In this document: positions 1-10,226 of the stretch, in pieces | Layout of the letters: the number at the start of each line of letters is the position of its first letter | Position numbering within the stretch: the stretch's first letter is position 1 | From: Micrococcales bacterium | GTDB taxonomy: Bacteria > Actinomycetota > Actinomycetes > Actinomycetales > Microbacteriaceae | DNA: 24,000 bases | Direction of reading: 5' to 3' | Assembly: GCA_016212425.1 (NCBI GenBank) | Contig: JACRGJ010000080.1 | Location: 23,633-47,632, forward strand | Notes under the pieces: model-generated | The model's database searches: none | Told to the model about the DNA's origin: nothing | What the model saw: only the letters and a program-made list of their open reading frames with translations | Translations under genes and position numbers: made by a program

Positions 1-1062
1 GAGCTCCGCGGCGAGGAGGCCGCTCCCCGTCAGAGCAGCACCCTCGCCCGTCGAGAACCGCACGCCGACGTGGCCGCGAGAGCGGATGGCTCCGGTCGCC
101 GGCGCGGTGCGTGCGCGATCGAGGCCGTGCTTCCGCAGGATCGGGCGGATCCGCTCGGCGAGCCAGCGCCGGTACGCCTTCGGCGCGTACGGGGAGTTCC
201 GATACCTGTCCGCATACCGCTCCACCAGATCCGGATGCGTCTCCCCGAGCCACCGGAGATACCACTCGCGGGCGCCCGGACGCAGATGCAGGGCCGAGTA
301 GGCCACGCTCCCCGCCCCGGCCGCGGCGACCGCCGCGAGCAGCCGCTCGAGGTGGGCGCGGGAATCGGTGAGGTAGGGCAGCACCGGCATCACGAACACC
401 GCGGGGGCGAAACCGGCATCACGGGCCGCGGCGATCGTCGCGAGCCGCGCCTCGGTCGAGGGCGCCCCGGACTCGACGGAACGGGAGAGCTCCGGATCGA
501 GCACCGCGATCGACATCGCCAGGTCCACCGGCACGTGCTCGGCCGCTTCCCGCAGCAGGGGCAGGTCGCGGCGCAGCAGGGTGCCCTTGGTCAGGATGCT
601 GAACGGCGTGCCGCTCGCCGCGAGCGCCGCGCTGATGCCCGGCATGAGCCGGTAGCGCCCCTCGGCGCGCTGGTAGGGGTCGGTGTTGGTGCCGAGGGCG
701 ACCGGATGCCTCCCCCAGCTCGGCCGGGCGAGCTCCCGCTGCAGCACCTCCGCCACGTTGACCTTGACGACGATCTCGCTGTCGAAGTCGGCTCCCGCGT
801 CGAGATCCAGATAGGTGTGCGTGTTCCGGGCGAAGCAGAAGGTGCAGGCATGAGTGCACCCCCGGTACGGGTTGATCGTCCAGCCGAAGGGGAGCGCGTC
901 CGCCGCGGGAACGTGGTTGAGCGCGCTCTTGGCGAGCACCTCGTGGAAGGTGACCCCGGCGAACTCGGGAGTCGTGACCGAGCGGACGAGGTTGCTCACC
1001 CGGGCGAGGGCGGGCAGTGCACCGTCGGCCTCCGCCTCGAGTTCCTGACCCTTCCATCGCAT
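1..1062 (-). CDS. Rv2578c-family radical SAM protein (N-terminal 354 codons; 3' end runs off the window)
   Basis: Hand translation of the minus strand from ATG at 1062-1060 gives MRWKGQELEAEADGALPALARVSNLVRSVTTPEFAGVTFHEVLAKSALNHVPAADALPFGWTINPYRGCTHACTFCFARNTHTYLDL...GTNTDPYQRAEGRY...ILTKGTLLRRDLPLL. It contains a CxxxCxxC radical-SAM motif (CTHACTFC). The frame stays open to position 1, so it is absent from the ORF track. The 70..1491 + ORF is its antisense shadow. A stop lies 2 codons upstream of the ATG. Confidence 0.8.
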   Translation of the reverse strand, partial: MRWKGQELEAEADGALPALARVSNLVRSVTTPEFAGVTFHEVLAKSALNHVPAADALPFGWTINPYRGCTHACTFCFARNTHTYLDLDAGADFDSEIVVKVNVAEVLQRELARPSWGRHPVALGTNTDPYQRAEGRYRLMPGISAALAASGTPFSILTKGTLLRRDLPLLREAAEHVPVDLAMSIAVLDPELSRSVESGAPSTEARLATIAAARDAGFAPAVFVMPVLPYLTDSRAHLERLLAAVAAAGAGSVAYSALHLRPGAREWYLRWLGETHPDLVERYADRYRNSPYAPKAYRRWLAERIRPILRKHGLDRARTAPATGAIRSRGHVGVRFSTGEGAALTGSGLLAAEL

Positions 1063-1069
1063 ACGCTAT

Positions 1070-1085
1070 TCGAACACATGTTCGA
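1070..1085. promoter_or_regulatory. LexA (SOS) box, TCGAAC-N4-GTTCGA
   Basis: The sequence tcgaacacatgttcga is a perfect match to both half-sites of the mycobacterial/corynebacterial LexA consensus. It lies 7 nt upstream of the radical SAM ATG (1062). Confidence 0.6.
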
Positions 1086-1360
1086 TTCCGCGTCAACCTG
1101 CGGTCCCTCGAACGCCTCCGCAGCCCGCTACGGACGTCGCGGTGCGCGGACGCCACAGTCCGCGGTTGTGCCATACGCGTTCGTCGGAGATTCCGGCCGC
1201 CGCGGCGCATCCCGGGCGGGGCGGGCCAATTCATCCGACGAACCTGCCGCCATGGCTGTCGCGGCGTCCCGACGCTCGTCGGGCGATTCCCATTCCCGCG
1301 GGGATGCGCACAAGGGTGGATGTGCGGGCGCCGTTCTCGCCGATCGATCCGGCACCGATC

Positions 1361-1375
1361 CTCCCGACGCGGGAG
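1361..1375 (-). terminator. Small hairpin directly after the mqo stop (ctcccg-acg-cgggag)
   Basis: A 6-bp inverted repeat with a 3-nt loop begins 1 nt past the mqo stop codon (1377-1379). It has no U-tract. Confidence 0.25.
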
Positions 1376-1376
1376 T

Positions 1377-2873
1377 TCAGGTGCGGGCGAGGTCCTGCCG
1401 CGGGACGGGCTCGCGGATGCCCAGCGCCTCGGCGGTCGCCGCGAGCGTGCGGGCGGCGAGCGCCGGGTCGGAGGAGAGCTGGGTGCCGTAGCTCGGGATC
1501 ATCCGCTTCAGCTCCGGGGTCCACCCCTCGAGGCGCTCGGGGAAGCAGCGAGCGAGAACGTCGAGCATGATCGGCACCGCGGTGGAGGCTCCCGGCGAGG
1601 CGCCGAGGAGACCCGCGATCGAGCCGTCACCGCCCGCGACAACCTCGGTGCCGAATTGGATCACGGCCTTGCCGTGCGCATCCTTCTTCATGACCTGCAC
1701 CCGCTGCCCGGCGGTGATCGGGCGCCAGTGGCGTTCCTCCGCATCCGGGGCGAAGCGGCGCAGCTCGCGGAACTTCGCCGCCCGAGTCGCCAGCAGCTGC
1801 CCCACCAGGTAGCGCACGAGGTCGAGGTTCTTCAGGCCCGCGCCGAGGAAGGTGCCCAGGTTGTGCCAGCGCAGCGCCTGGAAGAGGTCGAGCAGCGAGC
1901 CGTGCTTGAGGTACTTCGTCGAGAAGCCGGCGTACGGTCCGAACAGGAGGCTCGGGGTGCCGTTCACCACGCGCGTGTCGAGGTGCGGCACGGACATCGG
2001 CGGAGCCCCGACCGACGCCTTGCCGTAGACCTTCGCGTTGTGCTTGGCCACCACATCCGGGTCGTCGGTGCGGAGGAACTCGCCGCTGATCGGGAATCCG
2101 CCGTAGCCGCGGATCTCGGGGATGCGCGCCCTCTGCAGCAGGTTCAGCGCCCCACCGCCGGCGCCGACGAACACGAAGCGGGCCTGCACCTCGAGCGGCG
2201 TGCCACCCACCTCGTGCCGCAGGCGGAGGTTCCAGAGTCCGTCGCGGCGCTTGAGGCCGATCACCCGGTGGTCGAGGTGCAACTCGGCGCCGCGCTCGAC
2301 GAGGTGGTCGGTGAGCAGCCGCGTGAGGGCGCCGAAGTCGACGTCGGTGCCGAGGGCATAGCGGGTCGCGGCGATCGGCTCGCTCTTGAGGCGACCGGGG
2401 ATGAGCAGGGGGGTCCACTCGCGGATCCGCCGCGCATCCTCGCTGTACTCCATGCCGACGAACAGCGGATGGTCCTTCAACGCCTCCCAGCGGCGGCGGA
2501 GATAGTCGACGTTCGCCTCGCCCCACACGAAGCTCATGTGCGGCACGGTGGTGAGGAAGGCCGACGGATCGGGCAGCGTGCCCTCCCCGACGAGGAACGA
2601 CCAGAACTGGCGGCTGATCTGGAACTGCTCGTTGACCTTGACCGCCTGCGCGATCTCGATCGTGCCGTCCCTCTCGGGCGTGTAGTTCAACTCGCAGAGG
2701 GCGGAGTGCCCGGTGCCGGCGTTGTTCCAGGGGTTCGAGCTCTCCTCGGCCAGCGAGCCCTCGCGCTCGTAGATGGCGATCGACCAGTCCGGCTCGAGGT
2801 TCTGGAGCATCGTGCCGAGCGTCGCGCTCATGACCCCGCCACCGATGAGCACGACGTCGACCGGACAACTCAC
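1377..2873 (-). CDS. mqo: Malate:quinone oxidoreductase (FAD-dependent)
   Basis: The 498-aa ORF begins MSCPVDVVLIGGGVMSATLG (GxGxxS dinucleotide fold) and continues ...NPWNNAGTGHSALCELNYTPE...FVFVGAGGGALNLLQ...GASPGASTAV, typical of Mqo. It has a GTG start and strong GC3 bias. Confidence 0.93.
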   Translation of the reverse strand: MSCPVDVVLIGGGVMSATLGTMLQNLEPDWSIAIYEREGSLAEESSNPWNNAGTGHSALCELNYTPERDGTIEIAQAVKVNEQFQISRQFWSFLVGEGTLPDPSAFLTTVPHMSFVWGEANVDYLRRRWEALKDHPLFVGMEYSEDARRIREWTPLLIPGRLKSEPIAATRYALGTDVDFGALTRLLTDHLVERGAELHLDHRVIGLKRRDGLWNLRLRHEVGGTPLEVQARFVFVGAGGGALNLLQRARIPEIRGYGGFPISGEFLRTDDPDVVAKHNAKVYGKASVGAPPMSVPHLDTRVVNGTPSLLFGPYAGFSTKYLKHGSLLDLFQALRWHNLGTFLGAGLKNLDLVRYLVGQLLATRAAKFRELRRFAPDAEERHWRPITAGQRVQVMKKDAHGKAVIQFGTEVVAGGDGSIAGLLGASPGASTAVPIMLDVLARCFPERLEGWTPELKRMIPSYGTQLSSDPALAARTLAATAEALGIREPVPRQDLART

Positions 2874-2892
2874 GGCCTCGAGTGTATCGAGT

Positions 2893-2957
2893 CGGCGCTG
2901 CGGAGGCCGGGGGCGGGCGCTGCGCGGAGCGGGCCACGGCGCTGCGGAGGCCGGGGG
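2893..2957. repeat. Two copies of the 21-nt direct repeat cggcgctgcggaggccggggg (2893-2913, 2937-2957)
   Basis: Both copies are exact and were read directly. They lie in the 127-nt spacer between the asd stop (3001) and the mqo start (2873). A second short direct repeat, ggggctacc, occurs twice just downstream (about 2960-2984). Confidence 0.8.
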
Positions 2958-3000
2958 AAGGGGCTACCTCGGGAGGGGGCTACCGGGACTGGCGGGCGTG

Positions 3001-5428
<2,428 letters not shown>

Positions 5429-5537
5429 GCCTCCCGAGCCTACGGCGTCCGCCGGTGCGGGTTTCTCGGGAGCGGAGGGGCGATCCCGCCTCGGATCCGC
5501 GCTGACGGCGGGGTCTTCCGGCGAAGCCCGCGGATGG

Positions 5538-6287
5538 TCAGGAGAGGAGGCCGCGCACGATGTCGGCGGTGCTCTTCCATCCGGTCGTCGGGGCGGTGGG
5601 GATGCCGAGGGCGATCACAGGGAAGTCGTTCCCGTCAGGATCGAGCCGATCACCGACGAACAGCATGTCGCCGAAGTGGATGCCGGTGACCGTCGCGAGC
5701 TTCGTCATCCCGTACGCCTTATCGATGCCGCGGCGGGTGATGTCGATGCTGGTGGAGCCGCCGGAGCGCACCTCGAGGCCGGGCACGCGATCCTGCACCG
5801 CGGCACGCAGCGTGTTGCGCTTCTCGCCGGACGGATCCCACGTCTTCTTCACCTCGGCAGGAGCCTGCTGGCCGAGGGCGGAGAAGGTGATCTGCGATCC
5901 GCGGTCCTCGAGGATCGCACCCCAGGTCTCGCTCTCCCAGAGTCCCAGCCGCCGCGCCTCCTCCTCCACCGCCGCCAGCGCGTCGCGCTTCTCGTCGTCG
6001 GTGAGATCCTCCGCGTAGACCTGGGTCCAGCCACCGTTCGCTCGGCGCCAGTACTGGGTGCCGCAGGTGGGCATCAGGTGCATCCGCTGCAGCAGCTCCT
6101 CCCGCACCTCCGGCAGCCGGCCGATCACCTGGTCGCGGAACTGGCCGAACTGCCCGCCGGAGATGACGCACACCTGCGTCACCCCGAGAAGGTCGGCGAG
6201 CAGGCCGGCCATCTCGGGATCGAGCGGCGACTTGGACGGGGCGAGGGTGTCGTCGAGATCGAAAGCGACGAGGCGCGGCGCGGGCAC
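5538..6287 (-). CDS. HAD-IIB family hydrolase (phosphatase / sugar-phosphate-mutase-like)
   Basis: [14 protein letters not shown] (HAD motif I, DxD) ...VISGG...[11 protein letters not shown]...[12 protein letters not shown] (motif IV). I place the start at GTG 6287 (residue 64 of the track ORF) because GC3 drops upstream of it. The start is uncertain and could be as far as 6476. Confidence 0.75.
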   Translation of the reverse strand: MPAPRLVAFDLDDTLAPSKSPLDPEMAGLLADLLGVTQVCVISGGQFGQFRDQVIGRLPEVREELLQRMHLMPTCGTQYWRRANGGWTQVYAEDLTDDEKRDALAAVEEEARRLGLWESETWGAILEDRGSQITFSALGQQAPAEVKKTWDPSGEKRNTLRAAVQDRVPGLEVRSGGSTSIDITRRGIDKAYGMTKLATVTGIHFGDMLFVGDRLDPDGNDFPVIALGIPTAPTTGWKSTADIVRGLLS

Positions 6288-6578
6288 GGTCCCCCAGTAT
6301 GCAGGATGCGGCGGCGCGCCCGACCGTCGAGGCGTCCGGGTTCTCCGATCCGGGGGGAACGAAGCCCTTCCGGCTATGCGGGTGAGCAGGGCGCGCAGAG
6401 GAGCGGAATCAGCGTGGCAGAGACGCGCGAGGAGCACGTCGACGGCACCCGAGCCGACCAGTCCCTCGACCTTCACCGCGTCGAGCGCCCCGACCGGATC
6501 GATCGCAAGGCTCTCGTTCGTCCGACGCCGACGCCGAGCCGGGACCTCCGAGGTGGAGCACAGGGCCGGCGAGCGGCG

Positions 6579-7178
6579 CTACGCGTCGACGACGCGGCGG
6601 CCCTCGAAGGCGCGACCGAGGGTGACCTCGTCGGCGTACTCGAGGTCGCCTCCCACCGGCAAGCCCGAGGCGAGGCGGGTGACCCGGAGACCGGGCTGCA
6701 CCAGGAGGCGGGTGAGGTAGGTGGCGGTGGCCTCGCCCTCGAGGTTCGGATCGGTGGCGACGATCACCTCGGTGACGGACGCATCGGCGAGCCGCCTCAC
6801 GAGCTGAGCGATGCGGAGGTCGTCGGGGCCGATCCCGTCGATCGGGCTGATCGCCCCGCCGAGCACGTGGTAGAGGCCGCGGAACTCGCGGGTGCGCTCG
6901 ATCGCCGCGACATCCTTCGCCTCCTCGACAACGCAGATCGTCGCGGGGTCGCGCCGGGGGTCACGGCAGATCACGCAGAGCTCCTGCTCGGCGATGTTGC
7001 CGCAGCGGGCGCAGAAGTGCACCTTGTCGCGCACCTCCGCCAGCACCTCGGAGAGGCGCGTCGGGTCGTAGCTGGCGGTCTGCACGATGTGGAATGCGAT
7101 CCGCTGGGCCGACTTCGGGCCCACGCCGGGCAACCTGCCCAGCTCGTCGATGAGCTCCTGAACGATCCCCTCGTACAT
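6579..7178 (-). CDS. recR: Recombination protein RecR
   Basis: [31 protein letters not shown] (HhH) ...[16 protein letters not shown] (C4 zinc finger) ...Toprim region [13 protein letters not shown]. Length is 199 aa. The 472-aa track ORF is an artefactual N-terminal extension that runs antisense-free through dnaX. Confidence 0.95.
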   Translation of the reverse strand: MYEGIVQELIDELGRLPGVGPKSAQRIAFHIVQTASYDPTRLSEVLAEVRDKVHFCARCGNIAEQELCVICRDPRRDPATICVVEEAKDVAAIERTREFRGLYHVLGGAISPIDGIGPDDLRIAQLVRRLADASVTEVIVATDPNLEGEATATYLTRLLVQPGLRVTRLASGLPVGGDLEYADEVTLGRAFEGRRVVDA

Positions 7179-9535
7179 CAGCCGGCGTCTCTCGACGCCG
7201 CGGCATCGTCGGCGGCGACGGGGCGCACGCGGGGTGCCACGTTCGTCTCCTCGAGGAAGTTGGCCTGCAGCAGCTCCCGTACGACGGCCTCGCCGTAGCG
7301 CTGCTTCGCGGGGGCGGATGCGGCGCGGGGAGTGCGCGTCGACGCGGGATCCGGCGCCGCGGTGGGATTCGGCGCGGGCTCCGGCGCGACCGAGGAAGTC
7401 GCCTCGGCGGGCACCTCGACGACGGGCTCCGGCTCCGGCGGTTCCGGATCGGCGGGCGCGTCGGCGTCGTCGGGTTCCGGGACAGCGTCGGCGTCGTCGG
7501 GTTCCGGGACAGTGTCGGCGTCGTTCGGCTGCCGGACAGCCTCGGATCCGGGGACGGCGTCCGGGCGCGGGACGGCGGGCGCGTCGGGGCCGGCCCCCGG
7601 GACCGCGGGTCCGTCGGCGGCACCGGGCTGCGGGACAGCGGCGTCGGCACCCGGTGCAGCGGACGGGATGGGCGCGACGTACCACCCCGGCTCGGCGGCG
7701 AGCGCCGTGCCTCCCGCACCGGCGGCCGGCGCGGTCAGTGCCGCGGCGGCGCGGTCGGGGCCGGAGATCCGGGCGATGAACTTCACCCGCACGCCGAGCA
7801 CCTGCTGGATCGCCGCGCGGAGATGCTCGCTCGTGGAGTCCGGGCCCGGGTTGCTGCCGCGGAACCCGTTCGCGTCGTTCTCGCTGGGGAACGCGAGGGC
7901 GAGCACGTCGCCGTTCAGCTCGCGCGCCTGCGCAGTGGCGACCACCATCCACGCGCTCCGCTTGCGCCCCTGCACCACCTCGAGCACCTCGGGCCACGCG
8001 TCGCGCACCTGCTGCAGGGTCAACGGACCCACCTCGGCCGGCGCAGCCGAGCGCTCCGCCCGACGCGGCGGCGACGCGGATGCGGCCCCCTCGCCCTGCT
8101 CCGGCGCCGCCGCCTGCTCCGGCGCCGCGTCCGGCTCCGGCCGGTCCTGCTCCGGCGCCGCCGACACCGGCTTCAGCTCCGCCGACTCCCGCGCTGGCTT
8201 CGCCGACTCCCGCGACTCCCGCGCCGGCACCGCCGACTCCGGCACCGCCGACACGGGCCGCGAAGGACCCGCCGTGGAGTCGGCAGCTGCGGGAGTTCCT
8301 TGCGCGACCTCGAGGACGGCGGGCTCGGACGGCGCCGGTGTCCCGCGCGGAGCCGTCCCGGCCGCCGCGCCCTCGATCCCGATGCGACGCTCGAGTCGCT
8401 CGACCCGCGCGAGGGTGCCGCGCGACCCGGCGTCGGAGGCGGGCACCAGCAGGCGCGCGAGCATGAGCTCGAGGTGCAGCCGGGGGGAGGTCGCGCCCGT
8501 CATCTCGGTGAGCGCCTGATTCACGACATCGGCGGCGCGCGACAGCTCGGCGGTGCCGAATGCGGATGCCTGACGCTGCATCCGCTCGAGGTCGTCCTGC
8601 GGGATGCCGCGCAGCACGGCCGCCGCCTGCTCCCGCGTGGCGGCGACCACGATGAGGTCGCGAAGCCGCTCGAGGAGGTCCTCGACGAAGCGCCGCGGAT
8701 CCTGTCCGGTCTGCACCACCCGGTCGGCCGTGCGGAAGGCCGCCGAGGCGTCGTGGTCGCCGAGCGCCTCGATCGCCTCATCGAGCAGGGCGCCGTGGGT
8801 GTAGCCGAGCAGCGCGACCGCGCGCTCGTAGGAGACCGTGGCGTCCTCCGATCCGGCGATCAGCTGATCGAGCAGCGAGAGGGTGTCGCGCACCGACCCG
8901 CCACCGGCCCGCACCACGAGAGGGAGCACGCCCGGCTGCACCGCCACGCCCTCGGCCTCGGCCAGCTGCTGGACGTACTCGAGCATCGACGCGGGCGGCA
9001 CCAGACGGAAGGGGTAGTGGTGCGTGCGCGAACGGATCGTGCCGATCACCTTGTCGGGCTCGGTCGTCGCGAAGATGAACTTGACGTGGCCGGGCGGCTC
9101 CTCGACCAGCTTGAGCAGGGCGTTGAAGCCCTGCGTCGTGACCATGTGCGCCTCGTCGAGGATGAAAATCTTGTACCGGTCACGCGCGGGGGCGTAGGCG
9201 GCGCGGTCACGCAAGTCGCGGGCGTCGTCGACGCCGTTGTGGCTGGCCGCGTCGATCTCGATGACGTCGAGCGATCCCCCGCCGCCGCGGGCGAGTTCGA
9301 CGCAGCTGTCGCACGTACCGCAGGGGGCATCCGTCGGACCCGATGCGCAGTTCAAGCAGCGGGCCAGGATACGGGCGCTCGTGGTCTTCCCACAACCGCG
9401 CGGGCCGCTGAACAGGTAGGCGTGACCCACCCGATCGGTGCGGAGGGCGGTGCGCAGGGGGTCGGTCACCTGGCTCTGGCCGATCAGCTCGGAGAACGTC
9501 TCCGGGCGGTAGCGGCGGTAGAGGGCGGTGACCAC
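7178..9535 (-). CDS. dnaX: DNA polymerase III subunit gamma/tau
   Basis: The 785-aa ORF reads [23 protein letters not shown]...[15 protein letters not shown] (Walker A) ...CGTCDSC (Zn module) ...ILDEAHM...RSRTHHY. A long Pro/Ala/Glu-rich linker follows, then a conserved tail ([19 protein letters not shown]). It has a GTG start. Its TGA shares one nucleotide with the recR ATG. Confidence 0.93.
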   Translation of the reverse strand: MVTALYRRYRPETFSELIGQSQVTDPLRTALRTDRVGHAYLFSGPRGCGKTTSARILARCLNCASGPTDAPCGTCDSCVELARGGGGSLDVIEIDAASHNGVDDARDLRDRAAYAPARDRYKIFILDEAHMVTTQGFNALLKLVEEPPGHVKFIFATTEPDKVIGTIRSRTHHYPFRLVPPASMLEYVQQLAEAEGVAVQPGVLPLVVRAGGGSVRDTLSLLDQLIAGSEDATVSYERAVALLGYTHGALLDEAIEALGDHDASAAFRTADRVVQTGQDPRRFVEDLLERLRDLIVVAATREQAAAVLRGIPQDDLERMQRQASAFGTAELSRAADVVNQALTEMTGATSPRLHLELMLARLLVPASDAGSRGTLARVERLERRIGIEGAAAGTAPRGTPAPSEPAVLEVAQGTPAAADSTAGPSRPVSAVPESAVPARESRESAKPARESAELKPVSAAPEQDRPEPDAAPEQAAAPEQGEGAASASPPRRAERSAAPAEVGPLTLQQVRDAWPEVLEVVQGRKRSAWMVVATAQARELNGDVLALAFPSENDANGFRGSNPGPDSTSEHLRAAIQQVLGVRVKFIARISGPDRAAAALTAPAAGAGGTALAAEPGWYVAPIPSAAPGADAAVPQPGAADGPAVPGAGPDAPAVPRPDAVPGSEAVRQPNDADTVPEPDDADAVPEPDDADAPADPEPPEPEPVVEVPAEATSSVAPEPAPNPTAAPDPASTRTPRAASAPAKQRYGEAVVRELLQANFLEETNVAPRVRPVAADDAAASRDAG
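7461..7541. repeat. In-frame 27-nt tandem repeat (about 3 units) inside the dnaX linker
   Basis: tcggcgtcgtcgggttccgggacagcg (7461-7487) and tcggcgtcgtcgggttccgggacagtg (7488-7514) are followed by a degenerate third unit. Together they encode the repeated ...DADAVPEPD... nonapeptides. Confidence 0.75.
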
Positions 9536-9541
9536 GCCGAA

Positions 9542-9547
9542 AGACTA
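9542..9547 (-). promoter_or_regulatory. Candidate -10 hexamer TAGTCT, 6 nt upstream of the dnaX GTG (leaderless-type promoter)
   Basis: The minus strand reads gacTAGTCTttcggcGTG. This matches TANNNT. There is no Shine-Dalgarno sequence, and a strong terminator hairpin lies only about 50 nt upstream. Confidence 0.3.
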
Positions 9548-9583
9548 GTCGGCACCGCCGACCCCGGCCGGGCCTCGACGGAG

Positions 9584-9620
9584 GGTTGGAGGGGGCCGAC
9601 CCGAACGGCCCCCTCCAACC
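9584..9620. terminator. Perfect 15-bp-stem hairpin (ggttggagggggccg / 7-nt loop / cggccccctccaacc)
   Basis: Read directly. It starts 12 nt past the stop of the 9632.. minus-strand ORF and lies upstream of dnaX. It is a GC-rich stem without a U-tract, as is common in actinobacteria. Confidence 0.6.
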
Positions 9621-9631
9621 CGGCGCGGCCG

Positions 9632-9865
9632 CTAGAAGCGGCGGCGCCCGATGCCGAGCGCGACGACACGCGCTCCCACGACCTCGGTCGGGGAGGCCGC
9701 GCGGAGGGGTCGCGGCGCTGCGGCGCCGGCGAGGACAGACGGCAGACCCGAACTGCCGATCTCCCCGCCGGAGCTCTGGACGGGGCGCACCGGGGCGGCG
9801 AGGTCCGGCCAGTGGACGCAGCGCATGCGGTGATGCGCGACGTCGTGGCGGTCCAGGTCCGGCAC
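9632..9865 (-). CDS. Small hypothetical protein (77-90 aa; start 9865 or 9904)
   Basis: This frame has high GC3 when I read it codon by codon. The GTG at 9865 is preceded by AAGGGGAAcacc (SD-like). The stop is followed by the perfect hairpin at 9584-9620. I recognise no family (…HHRMRCVHWPDLAAPVRPVQSSGGEIGSSGLPSVLAG…ALGIGRRRF). Confidence 0.3.
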   Translation of the reverse strand: MPDLDRHDVAHHRMRCVHWPDLAAPVRPVQSSGGEIGSSGLPSVLAGAAAPRPLRAASPTEVVGARVVALGIGRRRF

Positions 9866-10082
9866 GGTGTTCCCCTTGAGACGATGCGATCCGCGGTCGG
9901 GCACGAGAGAAGGATCTCGGGTGACCGTCGGGTGTGGAGCACTCCCAGCCTAAGGGGAGGCGCCGGGTACTCAAGTCCCCCAATCGGACCACCCGCGAGG
10001 AAGTTTGTCCCGCGAATTCGGGGCCGAGCGGATGCACCCGGGCACCGGCGACTGCACTTTCTGCCCGATCGGACGCCTGGCG

Positions 10083-10102
10083 GGTGGATGAGGCCCTCCA
10101 CC
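10083..10102 (-). terminator. Hairpin after SRP RNA (ggtgga...tccacc)
   Basis: A 6-bp inverted repeat lies immediately 3' of the SRP RNA helix on the minus strand. Confidence 0.3.
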
Positions 10103-10104
10103 GA

Positions 10105-10200
10105 GACAAAGGACCCCCCGCGCACCCGCCAGAGCCCGGTTGCCCTTGCTGCGTTTCCGCCCTGGGGGAGTTGGCCTGGATGGCGCCACGCGGGGAGCCG
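10105..10200 (-). ncRNA. ffs: Signal recognition particle RNA (small/4.5S-type)
   Basis: The minus strand reads CUCCCCGCGUGGCGCC...CCAGG-GCG-GAAA-CGC-AGCA-AGGGCAACC...GGCGGGUGCGCGGGGGG. It has a GNRA tetraloop closed by GCG/CGC and flanked by the 5' AGG / 3' AGCA helix-8 loop (compare E. coli CAGG-UCC-GGAA-GGA-AGCA-GCC). The terminal CCCCGCG/CGCGGGG pairing closes a single long hairpin. The position upstream of dnaX matches the conserved ffs-dnaX-recR synteny. Ends are approximate (+/-10 nt). Confidence 0.7.
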
Positions 10201-10226
10201 GGGACCAGTGTACCGAGCAGAGCCCG

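Noticed and set aside
70-1491. 473-aa plus-strand ORF, with overlapping ORFs at 86..301, 111..371 and 419..1234
   Set aside because: The translation is Arg/Gly/Pro-rich nonsense. It is the antisense or off-frame shadow of the radical SAM gene on the minus strand, which has recognisable motifs.
5429-5537. Lysine riboswitch upstream of lysC
   Set aside because: The leader is only ~110 nt and I cannot find the L-box core elements. Only a simple SD-sequestering stem is present, and it is reported separately at low interest.
7179-7997. recR track ORF extended to 472 aa, and ORF 6961..7719
   Set aside because: These are off-frame read-through across the dnaX linker (Arg/Pro/Gly repeats). RecR homology begins at MYEGIV (ATG 7178).
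7300-8300. Repetitive DNA that could be mistaken for a CRISPR or VNTR locus, or for a dnaX programmed-frameshift site
   Set aside because: The repeats are in-frame, contiguous and without spacers, and they encode the tau linker. I saw no A-AAA-AAG-type slippery sequence on the coding strand, so there is no evidence for a gamma frameshift.
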